Assembly (NCBI RefSeq): GCF_035084215.1
Contig: NC_090370.1
Coordinates: forward strand, 25,482,001-25,546,000
Source: Heptranchias perlo
Lineage: Eukaryota
DNA: 64,000 nt
Direction of reading: 5' to 3'
The position numbers and the translations under genes are program-made. Every line of letters begins with the position of its first letter. The first letter of the stretch is position 1. Positions 15,001-33,000 of the stretch are shown in pieces. The notes under the pieces were generated by a model. The model ran no database searches. It had not been told where the DNA came from and worked only from the letters and a program-made list of their open reading frames with translations.

Positions 15001-18000
15001 GATGCAGAATGAATCCCACACTCACACACAGTACCAGAGACTGACAGATACAGAATGAATCCCACACTCACACACAGTAACAGAGACTGTCAGATGCAGA
15101 ATGAATCCCACACTCACACACAGTACCAGAGACTGACAGATGCAGAATGAATCCCACACTCACATACATTGTCAGAGACTGACAGATACAGAATGAATCC
15201 CACACTCACACACAGTACCAGAGACTGACAGATATTGAATGAATCCCACACTCACATACAGTTTCAGAAACTTACAGATACAGAATGAATCCCACACTCA
15301 CACACAGTACCAGAGACTGACAGATACAGAAATAATCCCACACTCACACACTGTATCAGAGACTGACAGATGCAGAATGAATCCCACACTCACACACAGT
15401 ACCAGAGACTGACAGATACAGAATGAATCCCACACTCACACACAGTAACAGAGACTGTCAGATGCAGAATGAATCCCACACTCACACACAGTATCAGAGA
15501 CTGACAGATACAGTAAGAATCCCACACTCACACACAGTATCAGAGACTGACAGATAAAGAAAGAATCCCACACTCACGCACAATACCAGAGACTAACAGA
15601 TACTGAATGAATCCCACACTCACACACAGTACCAGAGACTGACAGAAAGAGAATGAATCCCACACTCACATGCAGTATCAGAGACTGACAGATGCAGAAT
15701 GAATCCCACACTCACACACATTATCAGAGACTGACAGATACAGATTGAATCCCACACTCACACACAGTATCAGAGACTGACAGACACAGAATGAATCCCA
15801 CACTCACATACAGTTACAGAGACTGACAGATACAGAATGAATCCCACACTCACACACAGTATCAGATACTGACAGATACAGAATGAATCCCACACTCACA
15901 CACAGTACCAGAGACTGACAGATACAGAATGAATCCCACACTCGCACACAGTACCAGAGACTGACAGATACAGAATGAATCCCACACTCACATACAGTAC
16001 CAGAGACTGACAGTTACAGAATGAATCCCACACTCACATACATTTTCAGAGACTGACAGATACAGAATGAATTGCACACTCACACACAGTATCAGATACT
16101 GACAGATACAGAATGAATCCCACACTCACACACAGTACCAGAGACTGACAGATACAGAATGAATCCCACACTCACACACAGTACCAGAGACTGACAGATA
16201 CAGAATGAATCCCACACTCACATACAGTACCAGAGACTGACAGATACAGAATGAATCCCACACTCACATACATTTTCAGAGACTGACAGATACAGAATGA
16301 ATTGCACACTCACACAGAGTATCAGAGACTGACAGATGCAGAATGAATCCCACACTCACATACAGTAGCAGAGACTGACAGATACAGAATGAATCCCACA
16401 CTCACAAACAGTATCAGACACTGACAGATACAGAATGAACCCCACACTCACACACAGTACCAGAGACTGTCAGATACAGAATGAATCCCACACTCCCACA
16501 GAGTATCAGAGACTGACAGACACAGAATGAATCCCACACTCACATACAGTATCAGAGACTGACAGATACAGAATGAATCCCACACTCACATACAGTACCA
16601 GAGGATGACAGATGCAGAATGAATCCCACACTCACACACAGTATCAGAGACTGTCAGATGCAGAATGAATCCCACACTCACACACTGTACCTGAGACTGA
16701 CAGATACAGAATGAATCCCTCACTCACATACATGTCAGAGACTGACAGATACAGAATGAATCCCACACTCATACACAGAACCAGAGACTGACAGATGCAG
16801 AATGAATCCGACACTCAAACACTTTATCTGAGACTGACAGATACAGAATGAATCCCTCACTCACACACAGTACCAGAGACTGACAGATACAGAATGAATC
16901 CCACACTCACACACAGTATCAGAGACTGACAGATACAGAATGAATTGCACTCTCACACACAGTATCAGAGACTGACAGAAACAGAATGAATCCCACAGTC
17001 ACACACAGTACCAGAGACTGACAGATACAGAATGAATCCCACACTCACAAACAGTACCAGAAACTGACAGATACAGAAATAATCCCACACTCACACACTG
17101 TATCAGAGACTGACAGATGCAGAATGAATCCCACAGTCACACACAGTACCAGAGACTGTCAGATGCAGAATGAATCCCACACTCACACACTGTACCTGAG
17201 ACTGACAGATGCAGAATAAATCCCACACTCACACACAGTACCAGAGACTGTCAGATATTGAATGAATCCCACACTCACATACAGTTTCAGAGACTGACAG
17301 ATACAGAATGAATCCCACACTCACACACAGTACCAGAGACTGACAGATATTGAATGAATCCCACACTCACATACAGTTTCAGAGACTGACAGATACAGAA
17401 TGAATCCCACACTCACACACAGTACCAGAGACTGACAGATATTGAATGAATCCCACACTCACATGCAGTATCAGAGACTGACAGATGCAGAATGAATCCC
17501 AAACTCACACACAGTACCAGAGACTGACAGATACAGAATGAATCCCACACTCACATACAGTACCAGAGACTGACAGAAACAAAATGAATCCCACACTCAC
17601 ATACAGTACCAGAGACTGACAGATACAGAAATAATCCCACACTCACACACTGTATCAGAGACTGACAGATGCAGAATGAATCCCACACTCACACACAGTA
17701 CCAGAGACTGACAGATACAGAATGAATCCCACACTCACATACAGTATCAGAGACTGACAGATACAGAATGAATCCCACACTCACACACAGTATCAGAGAC
17801 TGACAGATACAGTAAGAATCCCACACTCACACACAGTATCAGAGACTGACAGAAAAAGAAAGAATCCCACACTCACGCACAATACCAGAGACTAACAGAT
17901 ACTGAATGAATCCCACACTCACACACAGTACCAGAGACTGACAGATATAGAATGAATCCCACACTCACATGCAGTATCAGAGACTGACAGATGCAGAATG

Positions 18001-21000
18001 AATCCCACACTCACACACATTATCAGTGACTGACAGATACAGATTGAATCCCACACTCACACACAGTATCAGAGACTGACAGACACAGAATGAATCCCAC
18101 ACTCACATACAGTTACAGAGACTGACAGATACAGAATGAATCCCACACTCACACACAGTATCAGACACTGACAGATACAGAATGAATCCCACACTCACAC
18201 ACAGTATCAGAGACTGACAGATACAGGATGAATCCCACACTCACACACAGTATCAGACACTGACAGATACAGAATGAATCCCACACTCACACACAGTACC
18301 AGAGACTGACAGATACAGAATGAATCCCACACTCACACACAGTACCAGAGACTGACAGATACAGAATGAATCCCACACTCACATACAGTACCAGAGACTG
18401 ACAGATACAGAATGAATCCCACACTCACATACATTTTCAGAGACTGACAGATACAGAATGAATTGCACACTCACACAGAGTATCAGAGACTGACAGATGC
18501 AGAATGAATCCCACAATCACACACAGTAGCAGAGACTGACAGATACAGAATGAATCCCACACTCACAAACAGTATCAGACACTGACAGATACAGAATTAA
18601 CCCCACACTCACACACAGTACCGGAGACTGTCAGATACAGAATGAATCCCACACTCCCACAGAGTATCAGAGACTGACAGATACAGAATGAATCCCACAC
18701 TCACATACAGTACCAGAGGCTGACAGATACAGAATAAATCCCACACTCACACACAGTAACAGAGACTGTCAGATGCAGATTGAATCCCACACTCACACAC
18801 AGTATCAGAGACTGACAGACACAGAATGAATCCCACACTCACATACAGTTACAGAGACTGACAGATACAGAAATAATCCCACACTCACACACTGTATCAG
18901 AGACTGACAGATGCAGAATGAATCCCAAACTCACACACAGTACCAGAGACTGACAGATACAGAATGAATCCCACACTCACATGCAGTACCAGAGACTGAC
19001 AGATACAAAATGAATCCCACACTCACATACAGTACCAGAGACTGACAGATACAGAAATAATCCCACACTCACACACTGTATCAGAGACTGACAGATGCAG
19101 AATGAATCCCACACTCACACACAGTACCAGAGACTGACAGATACAGAATGAATCCCACACTCACACACAGTAACAGAGACTGTCAGATGCAGAATGAATC
19201 CCACACTCACACACTGTACCTGAGACTGACAGATGCAGAATGAATCCCACACTCACATACATTGTCAGAGACTGACAGATACAGAATGAATCCCACACTC
19301 ACACACAGTACCAGAGACTGACAGATATTGAATGAATCCCACACTCACATACAGTTTCAGAGACTTACAGATACAGAATGAATCCCACACTCACACACAG
19401 TACCAGAGACTGACAGATACAGAAATAATCCCACACTCACACACTGTATCAGAGACTGACAGATGCAGAATGAATCCCACACTCACACACAGTACCAGAG
19501 ACTGACAGATACAGAATGAATCCCACACTCACACACAGTAACAGAGACTGTCAGATGCAGAATGAATCCCACACTCACACACAGTATCAGAGACTGACAG
19601 ATACAGTAAGAATCCCACACTCACACACAGTATCAGAGACTGACAGATAAAGAAAGAATCCCACACTCACGCACAATACCAGAGACTAACAGATACTGAA
19701 TGAATCCCACACTCACACACAGTACCAGAGACTGACAGAAAGAGAATGAATCCCACACTCACATGCAGTATCAGAGACTGACAGATGCAGAATGAATCCC
19801 ACACTCACACACATTATCAGAGACTGACAGATACAGATTGAATCCCACACTCACACACAGTATCAGAGACTGACAGACACAGAATGAATCCCACACTCAC
19901 ATACAGTTACAGAGACTGACAGATACAGAATGAATCCCACACTCACACACAGTATCAGATACTGACAGATACAGAATGAATCCCACACTCACACACAGTA
20001 CCAGAGACTGACAGATACAGAATGAATCCCACACTCACATACAGTACCAGAGACTGACAGATACAGAATGAATCCCACACTCACATACATTTTCAGAGAC
20101 TGACAGATACAGAATGAATTGCACACTCACACAGAGTATCAGAGACTGACAGATGCAGAATGAATCCCACACTCACATACAGTAGCAGAGACTGACAGAT
20201 ACAGAATGAATCCCACACTCACAAACAGTATCAGACACTGACAGATACAGAATGAACCCCACACTCACACACAGTACCAGAGACTGTCAGATACAGAATG
20301 AATCCCACACTCACATACATGTCAGAGACTGACAGATACAGAATGAATCCCACACTCATACACAGAACCAGAGACTGACAGATGCAGAATGAATCCGACA
20401 CTCAAACACTTTATCTGAGACTGACAGATACAGAATGAATCCCTCACTCACACACAGTACCAGAGACTGACAGATACAGAATGAATCCCACACTCACACA
20501 CAGTATCAGAGACTGACAGACACAGAATGAATTGCACTCTCACACACAGTATCAGAGACTGACAGAAACAGAATGAATCCCACAGTCACACACAGTACCA
20601 GAGACTGACAGATACAGAATGAATCCCACACTCACAAACAGTACCAGAAACTGACAGATACAGAAATAATCCCACACTCACACACTGTATCAGAGACTGA
20701 CAGATGCAGAATGCATCCCACAGTCACACACAGTACCAGAGACTGTCAGATGCAGAATGAATCCCACACTCACACACTGTACCTGAGACTGACAGATGCA
20801 GAATAAATCCCACACTCACACACAGTACCAGAGACTGTCAGATATTGAATGAATCCCACACTCACATACAGTTTCAGAGACTGACAGATACAGAAATTAT
20901 CCCACACTCACACACTGTATCAGAGACTGACAGATGCAGAATGAATCCCACACTCACACACAGTACCAGAGACTGACAGATACAGAATGAATCCCACACT

Positions 21001-24000
21001 CACACACAGTAACAGAGACTGTCAGATGCAGAATGAATCCCACACTCACACACTGTACCTGAGACTGACAGATGCAGAATGAATCCCACACTCACATACA
21101 TTGTCAGAGACTGACAGATACAGAATGAATCCCACACTCACACACAGTATCAGATACTGACAGATACAGAATGAATCCCACACTCACACACAGTACCAGA
21201 GACTGACAGATACAGAATGAATCCCACACTCACACACAGTACCAGAGACTGACAGATACAGAAAGAATCCCACACTCACATACAGTACCAGAGACTGACA
21301 GATACAGAATGAATCCCACACTCACATACATTTTCAGAGACTGACAGATACAGAATGAATTGCACACTCACACAGAGTATCAGAGACTGACAGATGCAGA
21401 ATGAATCCCACACTCACATACAGTCGCAGAGACTGACAGATACAGAATGAATCCCACACTCACAAACAGTATCAGACACTGACAGATCCAGAATGAACCC
21501 CACACTCACACACAGTACCAGAGACTGTCAGATACAGAATGAATCCCACACTCCCACAGAGTATCAGAGACTGACAGACACAGAATGAATCCCACACTCA
21601 CATACAGTATCAGAGACTGACAGATACAGAATGAATCCCACACTCACATACAGTACCAGAGGATGACAGATGCAGAATGAATCCCACACTCACACACAGT
21701 ATCAGAGACTGTCAGATGCAGAATGAATCCCACACTCACACACTGTACCTGAGACTGACAGATACAGAATGAATCCCTCACTCACATACATGTCAGAGAC
21801 TGACAGATACAGAATGAATCCCACACTCATACACAGAACCAGAGACTGACAGATGCAGAATGAATCCGACACTCAAACACTTTATCTGAGACTGACAGAT
21901 ACAGAATGAATCCCTCACTCACACACAGTACCAGAGACTGACAGATACAGAATGAATCCCACACTCACACACAGTATCAGAGACTGACAGATACAGAATG
22001 AATTGCACTCTCACACACAGTATCAGAGACTGACAGAAACAGAATGAATCCCACAGTCACACACAGTACCAGAGACTGACAGATACAGAATGAATCCCAC
22101 ACTCACACACTGTATCAGAGACTGACAGATGCAGAATGAATCCCACAGTCACACACAGTACCAGAGACTGTCAGATGCAGAATGAATCCCACACTCACAC
22201 ACTGTACCTGAGACTGACAGATGCAGAATAAATCCCACACTCACACACAGTACCAGAGACTGTCAGATATTGAATGAATCCCACACTCACATACAGTTTC
22301 AGAGACTGACAGATACAGAATGAATCCCACACTCACACACAGTACCAGAGACTGACAGATATTGAATGAATCCCACACTCACATACAGTTTCAGAGACTG
22401 ACAGATACAGAATGAATCCCACACTCACACACAGTACCAGAGACTGACAGATATTGAATGAATCCCACACTCACATGCAGTATCAGAGACTGACAGATGC
22501 AGAATGAATCCCAAACTCACACACAGTACCAGAGACTGACAGATACAGAATGAATCCCACACTCACATACAGTACCAGAGACTGACAGAAACAAAATGAA
22601 TCCCACACTCACATACAGTACCAGAGACTGACAGATACAGAAATAATCCCACACTCACACACTGTATCAGAGACTGACAGATGCAGAATGAATCCCACAC
22701 TCACACACAGTACCAGAGACTGACAGATACAGAATGAATTCCACACTCACACACAGTAACAGAGACTGTCAGATGCAGAATGAATCCCACACTCACACAC
22801 TGTACCTGAGACTGACAGATGCAGAATGAATCCCACACTCACATACATTGTCAGAGACTGACAGATACAGAATGAATCCCACACTCACACACAGTATCAG
22901 AGACTGTCAGATACAGAATGAATCCCACACTCCCACAGAGTATCAGAGACTGACAGATACAGAATGAATCCCACACTCACAAACAGTATCAGAGACTGAC
23001 AGATACAGAATGAATCCCACACTCACACACAGTATCAGAGACTGTCAGATGCAGAATGAATCCCACACTCACACACTGTACCTGAGACTGACAGATACAG
23101 AATGAATCCCTCACTCACATACATTGTCAGAGACTGACAGATACAGAATGAATCCCACACTCACACACAGAACCAGAGACTGACAGATGCAGAATGAATC
23201 CCACACTCAAACACATTATCTGAGACTGACAGATACAGAATGAATCCCACTCTCACATGCAGCATCAGAGACTGACAGATACAGAATGAATCCCAAACTC
23301 ACACACATTATCAGAGACTGACAGATACAGAAGGAATCCCACACTCACACACAGTATCAGAGACTGACAGATACAGAATGAATCCCACACTAACACACAG
23401 GACCAGAGACTGACAGATACAGAATGAATCCCACACTCACATACAGTACCAGAGACTGACAGACACAGAATGAATCCCACACTCACACACTGTATCAGAG
23501 ACTGACAGATGCAGAATGAATCCCACACTCACACACAGTATCAGAGACTGACAGATACAGAATGAATCCCACACTCACATACAGTACCAGAGACTGACAG
23601 ATACAGAATGAATCCCACACTCACACACAGTACCAGAGACTGACAGATACAGAAGGAATCCCAAACTCACACACAGTATCAGAGACTGACAGATACAGAT
23701 TGAATCCCACACTCACACACAGAATCAGAGACTTACAGATACATAATGAATCCCACACACACACAGTACCAGAGACTGACAGACGCAGAATGAATCCCAC
23801 ACTCACATGCAGTATCTGAGATTGACAGATACAGAATGAATCCCACACTCACGTACAATATCAGAGACTGACAGATACAGAATGAATCCCACACTCACGT
23901 ACAATATCAGAGACTGACAGATACAGAATGAATCCCACACTCACACACAGTACCAGAGACTGACAGATGCAGAATGAATCCCACACTCACATACAGTATC

Positions 24001-27000
24001 TGAGACTGACAGATGCAGAATGAATCCCACACTCACACACAGTATCAGAGACTGACAGATACAGAATGAATCCCACACTCACACACAGTATCTGAGACTG
24101 ACAGATGCAGAATGAATCCCACACTCACACACAGTATCAGAGACTGACAGATACAGAATGAATCCCACACTCACACACAGTACCAGAGACTGACATATAC
24201 AGAATGAATCCCACACTCACACACAGTATCAGAGACTGACAGATGCAGAATGAATCCCACACTCACACACAGTACCAGAGACTGACAGATACAGAATGAA
24301 TCCCACACTCACATACATCATCAGAGACTGACAGATACAGGATGAATCCCACACTCACACACAGTATCAGAGACTGACAGATACAGAATTAATCCCACAC
24401 TCACACACAGGACCAGAGACTGACAGACACAGATGGAATCCCACACTCACATACATTATCAGAGACTGACAGATACAGAATGAATCCCACACTCACACAC
24501 AGTAGCAGAAACTGACAGATACAGAATGAATTCCAAACTCACACACAATACCAGAGACTGACAGATACAGAATGAATCCCACACTCACACACAATACCAG
24601 AGACTGACAGATGCAGAATGAATCCCACACTCACACACAGAACCAGAGACTGACAGATACAGAATGAATCCCACACTCACATACAGAATCAGAGACTGAC
24701 AGATACAGAATGAATCCCACACTCACACACAGTATCAGAGACTGACAGATACAGAATTAATCCCACACTCACACACAGTACCAGAGACTGACAGATATTG
24801 AATGAATCCCACACTCACATGCAGTATCAGAGACTGACAGATGCAGAATGAATCCCAAACTCACACACAGTACCAGAGACTGACAGATACAGAATGAATC
24901 CCACACTCACATACAGTACCGGAGACTGACAGATACAGAATGAATCCCACACTCACAGACAGTACCAGAGACTGACAGACACAGAATGAATCCCACACTC
25001 ACAGACAATGTCAGAGACTGACAGAAACAGAATGAATCCCACACTCACATACATTATCAGAAACTGACAGATACATAATGAATCCCACACTCACACACAG
25101 TATCAGAGACTGACAGATGCAGAATGAATCCCACACTCACATACATTATCAGAAACTGACAGATGCAGAATGAATCCCACACACACACAGTACCAGAGAC
25201 TGACAGACGCAGAATGAACCCCACACTCACATCCAGTATCTGAGATTGACAGATGCAGAATGAATCCCACACTCACGTACAATATCAGAGACTGACAGAC
25301 ACAGAATGAATTGCACACTCACACACAGTATCAGAGATTGACACAAAAAAATGAATCCCACATGCACACAGTACCAGAGACTGACAGATACAGAATGAAT
25401 CCCACACTCACACACAGTATCAGAGATTGACACAAAAAAATGAATCCCACATGCACACAGTATCAGAGACTGACAGATACAGAATGAATCCCACACTCAC
25501 ACACAGTATCAGAGACTGACAGATACAGAATGAATCCCACACTCACATACAGTACCAGAGAATGACAGATACAGAATGAATCCCACACTCACACACAGTA
25601 CCAGAGACTGACAGATACAGAAGGAATCCCAAACTCACACACAGTATCTGAGATTGACAGATACAGAATGAATCCCACACTCACGTACAATATCAGAGAC
25701 TGACAGATACATAATGAATCCCACACTCACACACAGTACCAGAGACTGACAGATGCAGAATGAATCCCACTCTCACATGCAGTATCAGAGACTGACAGAT
25801 ACAGAATGAATCCCAAACTCACACACTGTATCAGAGATTGACAGATGCAGAATGAATCCCACACTCACAGACAGTAACAGAGACTGACAGATACAGAATG
25901 AATCCCACACTCACACACAGCACCAGAGACTGACAGATACAGAATGAATCCCACACTCACACACAGTGTCAGAGACTGACAGATACAGAATGAATCCCAC
26001 ACTCACACACAGTTTCAGAGACTGACAGATACAGAATGAATCCCACACTCACATACCGTATCAGAGACTGACAGATACAGAATGAATCCCACACTCACAT
26101 GCAGTATCAGAGACTGACAGATGCAGAATAAATCCCGCACTCACACAAAGTATCAGAGACTGACAGATACAGAATGAATCCCACACTCACACACTGTATT
26201 AGAGACTGACAGATACAGAATGAATCCCACACTCACACACATGATCAGAGACTGACAGATACAGAATGAATCCCACACTCACATACAGTTGCAGAGACTG
26301 ACAGATACAGAATGAATCCCACACTCACACACAGTATCAGAGACTGTCAGATACAGAATGAATCCCACACTCACATACAGTACCAGAGGCTGACAGATAC
26401 AGAATGAATCCCACACTCACACACAGTATCAGAGACTGTCAGATACAGAATGAATCCCACACTCACATACAGTACCAGAGGCTGACAGATACAGAATGAA
26501 TCCCACACTCACACACAGTATCAGAGACTGTCAGATGCAGAATGAATCCCACACTCACACACTGTCCCTGATACTGACAGATACAGAATGAATCCCTCAC
26601 TCACATGCATTGTCAGAGACTGACAGATACAGAATGAATCCCACACTCACACACTGGACCTGAGACTGACAGATGCAGAATGAATCCCACACTCACATAC
26701 ATTGTCAGATACTGACAGATACAGAATGAATCCCACACTCACACACAGTACCAGAGACTGACAGATATTGAATGAATCCCACACTCACGTCCAGTACCAG
26801 AGACTGATAGATACAGAATGAATCCCACACTCACACACAGTATCAGAGACTGACAGACACAGAAAGAATCCCACACTCACACACAGTGCCAGAGACTGAA
26901 AGATGCAGAAAGAACCCCACACTCACACACAGTACCAGAGACTGTCAGATACAGAATGAATCCCACACTCCCTCAGAGTATCAGAGACTGACAGATACAG

Positions 27001-30000
27001 AATGAATCCCACACTCACATACAGTATCAGAGACTGACAGATACAGAATGAATCCCACACTCACACACAGTAACAGAGACTGACAGATGCAGAATGAATC
27101 CCACACTCACACAAAGTACTGGAGACTGACAGATACAGAATGAATCCCACACTCACACACATTATCAGAGACTGACAGATACAGAATGAATCCCACACTC
27201 ACACACATTGTCAGAGACTGACAGATACAGATTGAATCCCACACTCACACACAGTATCAGAGACTGACAGATACAGAATGAATCCCACACTCACATTCAG
27301 TTGCAGAGACTGACAGATGCAGAATGAATCCCACACTCACATACAGGAACAGAGGCTGACAGATGCAGAATGAATCCCACACTCAAACACATTATCAGAG
27401 ACTGACAGATACAGAATGAATCCCACTCTGACATGCAGTATCAGAGACTGACAGATACAGAATGAATCCCAAACTCACACACAGTATCAGAGACTGACAG
27501 ATACAGAATGAATCCCACACTAACACACAGTACCAGAGACTGACAGATACATAATGAATCCCACACTCACATACGGTACCAGAGACTGACAGATACAGAA
27601 TGAATCCCACACTCACACACTGTATCAGAGACTGACAGATGCAGAATGAATCCCACACTCACAGACAGTAACAGAGACTGACAGATACAGAATGAATCCC
27701 ACACTCACACACAGTATCAGAGACTGACAGATACAGAATGAATTGCACGCTCACACACAGTATCAGAGACTGACAGAAACAGAATGAATCCCACAGACAC
27801 GCACAGTACCAGAGACTGACAGATACAGAATGAATCCCACACTCACATACAGTACCAGAGACTGACAGATACAGAAAGAATCCCACACTCACACACTGTA
27901 TCAGAGACTGACAGATGCAGAATGAATCCCACACTCACACACAGTACCAGAGACTGACAGATACAGAATGAATCCCACACTCACACGCAGTATCAGAGAC
28001 TGTCAGATGCAGAATGAATCCCACACTCACACACTGTACCTGAGACTGACAGATACAGAATGAATCCCAAACTCACACACAGTACCAGAGACTGACAGAT
28101 GCAGAATGAATCCCACACTCACACACAGTATCAGAGACTGACAGGTACAGAATGAATCCCACACTCACACACAGTATCAGAGACTGACAGATACAGAATG
28201 AATCCCACACTCACACACAGTACCAGAGACTGACAGATATTGAATGAATCCCACACTCACATACAGTATCAGAGACTGACAGATGCAGAATGAATCCCAA
28301 ACTCACACACAGTTCCAGAGACTGACAGATACAGGATGAATCCCACACTCAAACACATTATCAGAGACTGACAGATACAGAATGAATCCCACACTCACAT
28401 CCAGTACCAGAGACTGACAGATGCAGAATGAATGCCACACTCACACACTGTATCAGAGACTGACAGATGCAGAATGAATCCCACACTCACACACAGTACC
28501 AGAGACTGACAGATACATAATGAATCCCACACTCACACACAGTACCAGAGACTGACAGATACAGAATGAATCCCACACTCACATGCAGTACCAGAGACTG
28601 ACAGATACAGAATGAATCCCACACTCACATACGTTTTCAGAGACTGACAGATACAGAATGAATTGCACACTCACACACAGTGCCAGAGACTGAAAGATAC
28701 AGAAAGAACCCCACACTCACACACAGTACCAGAGACTGACAGATACAGAATGAATCCCACACTCACATACATTTTCAGAGACTGACAGATACAGAATGAA
28801 TCCCACACTCACATACATTTTCAGAGACTGACAGATACAGAATGAATCCCACACTCACACACAGTACCAGAGACTGACAGATGCAGAATGAATCCCACAC
28901 TCACATGCAGTGCCAGAGACTGAAAGATACAGAAAGAACCCCACACTCACACACAGTACCAGAGACTGTCAGACACAGAATGAATCCCACACTCACACAC
29001 AGTATCAGAGACTGACAGATGGAGAATGAATCCCACACTCACACACAGTATCAGAGACTGACAGATACAGAATGAATCCCACACTCACACACAGTATCAG
29101 AGACTGACAGATACAGAAAGAATCCCACACTCACACACAGTGCCAGAGACTGAAAGATACAGAATGAATCCCACACTCACACACAGCACCAAAGACTGAC
29201 AGATACAGAATGAATCCCACACTCACATACAGTATCAGAGACTGACAGATACAGAATGAATCCCACACTCACACACAGTACCAGAGACTGACAGATACAG
29301 AATGAATCCCACACTCACATACAGTATCAGAGACTGACAGATGCAGAATGAATCCCACACTCACACCAAGTACTAGAGACTGACAGATACAGAATGAATC
29401 CCACACTCACACACATTATCAGAGACTGACAGATACAGATTGAATCCCACACTCACACACAGTATCAGAGACTGACAGATACAGAATGAATCCCACACTC
29501 ACATTCAGTTGCAGAGACTGACAGATGCAGAAAGAATCCCACACTCACATCCTGTACCTGAGACTGACAGATACAGAATAAATCCCTCACTCACATACAT
29601 TGTCAGAGACTGACAGATACAGAATGAATCCCACACTCACATACATTATCAGAGACTGACAGAGACAGAATGAATCCCACACTCACACACAGTACCAGAG
29701 AGTGACAGATACAGAATGAATCCCACACTCACACACAGTTTCAGAGACTGACAGATACAGAATGAATTGCAAGCTCACACACAGTATCAGAGACTGACAG
29801 AAACAGAATGAATCCCACACTCACACACAGTACCAGAGACTGACAGATACAGAATGAATCCCACACTCACATACAGTACCAGAGACTGACAGATACAGAA
29901 TGAATCCCACACTCACATGCATTTTCAGAGACTGACAGATACAGAATGAATCCCACACTCACATACATTTTCAGAGACTGACAGATACAGAATGAATCCC

Positions 30001-33000
30001 ACACTCACATGCAGTATCAGAGACTGACAGATGCAGAATAAATCCCACACTCACACAAAGTACTGGAGACTGACAGATACAGAATGAATCCCACACTCAC
30101 ACACAGTATCAGAGACTGACAGATACAGAATGAATCCCACACTCACATACAGTTGCAGAGACTGACAGATACAGAATGAATCCCACACTCACATACAGTA
30201 CCAGAGGCTGACAGATGCAGAATGAATCCCACACTCACACACTGTACCTGATACTGACAGATACAGAATGAATCCCACACTCACATACATTGTCAGAGAC
30301 TGACAGATACAGAATGAATCCCACACTCACACACAGTACCAGAGACTGACAGATATTGAATGAATCCCACACTCACATACAGTTTCAGAGACTTACAGAT
30401 ACAGAATGAATCCCACACTCACACACAGTACCAGAGACTGACAGATATTGAATGAATCCCACACTCACATACAGTACCAGAGACTGATAGATACAGAATG
30501 AATCCCACACTCACACACAGTATCAGAGACTGACAGATACAGAATGAATCCCACACTCAAACACAGTGCCAGAGACTGAAAGATACAGAATGAATCCCAC
30601 TCTGACATGCAGTATCAGAGACTGACAGATACAGAATGAATCCCAAACTCACACACAGTATCAGAGACTGACAGATACAGAATGAATCCCACACTAACAC
30701 ACAGTACCAGAGACTGACAGATACATAATGAATCCCACACTCACAGACAGTAACAGAGACTGACAGATACAGAATGAATCCCACACTCACACACAGTATC
30801 AGAGACTGACAGATACAGAATGAATTGCACGCTCACACACAGTATCAGAGACTGACAGAAACAGAATGAATCCCACAGACACGCACAGTACCAGAGACTG
30901 ACAGATACAGAATGAATCCCACACTCACATCCAGTACCAGAGACTGACAGATACAGAAAGAATCCCACACTCACACACTGTATCAGAGACTGACAGATGC
31001 AGAATGAATCCCACACTCACACACAGTACCAGAGACTGACAGATACAGAATGAATCCCACACTCACACGCAGTATCAGAGACTGTCAGATGCAGAATGAA
31101 TCCCACACTCACACACTGTACCTGAGACTGACAGATACAGAATGAATCCCAAACTCACACACAGTACCAGAGACTGACAGATGCAGAATGAATCCCACAC
31201 TCACACACAGTATCAGAGACTGACAGGTACAGAATGAATCCCACACTCACACACAGTATCAGAGACTGACAGATACAGAATGAATCCCACACTCACACAC
31301 AGTACCAGAGACTGACAGATATTGAATGAATCCCACACTCACATACAGTATCAGAGACTGACAGATGCAGAATGAATCCCAAACTCACACACAGTTCCAG
31401 AGACTGACAGATACAGGATGAATCCCACACTCAAACACATTATCAGAGACTGACAGATACAGAATGAATCCCACACTCACATACAGTACCAGAGACTGAC
31501 AGATGCAGAATGAATGCCACACTCACACACTGTATCAGAGACTGACAGATGCAGAATGAATCCCACACTCACACACAGTACCAGAGACTAACAGATACAT
31601 AATGAATCCCACACTCACACACAGCACCAGAGACTGACAGATACAGAATGAATCCCACACTCACATGCAGTACCAGAGACTGACAGATACAGAATGAATC
31701 CCACACTCACATACGTTTTCAGAGACTGACAGATACAGAATGAATTGCACACTCACACACAGTGCCAGAGACTGAAAGATACAGAAAGAACCCCACACTC
31801 ACACACAGTACCAGAGACTGACAGATACAGAATGAATCCCACACTCACATACATTTTCAGAGACTGACAGATACAGAATAAATCCCACACTCACATACAT
31901 TTTCAGAGACTGACAGATACAGAATGAATCCCACACTCACACACAGTACCAGAGACTGACAGATGCAGAATGAATCCCACACTCACATACAGTGCCAGAG
32001 ACTGAAAGATACAGAAAGAACCCCACACTCACACACAGTACCAGAGACTGTCAGACACAGAATGAATCCCACACTCAGACACAGTATCAGAGACTGATAG
32101 ATGGAGAATGAATCCCACACTCACACACAGTATCAGAGACTGATAGATACAGAATGAATCCCAGACTCACATACATTTTCAGAGACTGACAGATACATAA
32201 TGAATCCCACACTCACATACAGTACCAGAGACTGACAGATGCAGAATGAATCCCACACTCACACACAGCACCAAAGACTGACAGATACAGAATGAATCCC
32301 ACACTCACATACAGTATCAGAGACTGACAGATACAGAATGAATCCCACACTCACACACAGTACCAGAGACTGACAGATACAGAATGAATCCCACACTCAC
32401 ATACAGTATCAGAGACTGACAGATGCAGAATGAATCCCACACTCACACCAAGTACTGGAGACTGACAGATACAGAATGAATCCCACACTCACACACATTA
32501 TCAGAGACTGACAGATACAGATTGAATCCCACACTCACACACAGTATCAGAGACTGACAGATACAGAATGAATCCCACACTCACATTCAGTTGCAGAGAC
32601 TGACAGATGCAGAAAGAATCCCACACTCACATCCTGTACCTGAGACTGACAGATACAGAATAAATCCCTCACTCACATACATTGTCAGAGACTGACAGAT
32701 ACAGAATGAATCCCACACTCACATACATTATCAGAGACTGACAGATACAGAATGAATCCCACACTCACACACAGTACCAGAGAGTGACAGATACAGAATG
32801 AATCCCACACTCACACACTGTATCAGAGACTGACAGATGCAGAATGAATCCCACACTCACACACAGTGCCAGAGACTGACAGATACAGAATGAATCCCAC
32901 ACTCACACACAGTTTCAGAGACTGACAGATACAGAATGAATTGCAAGCTCACACACAGTATCAGAGACTGACAGAAACAGAATGAATCCCACACTCACAC

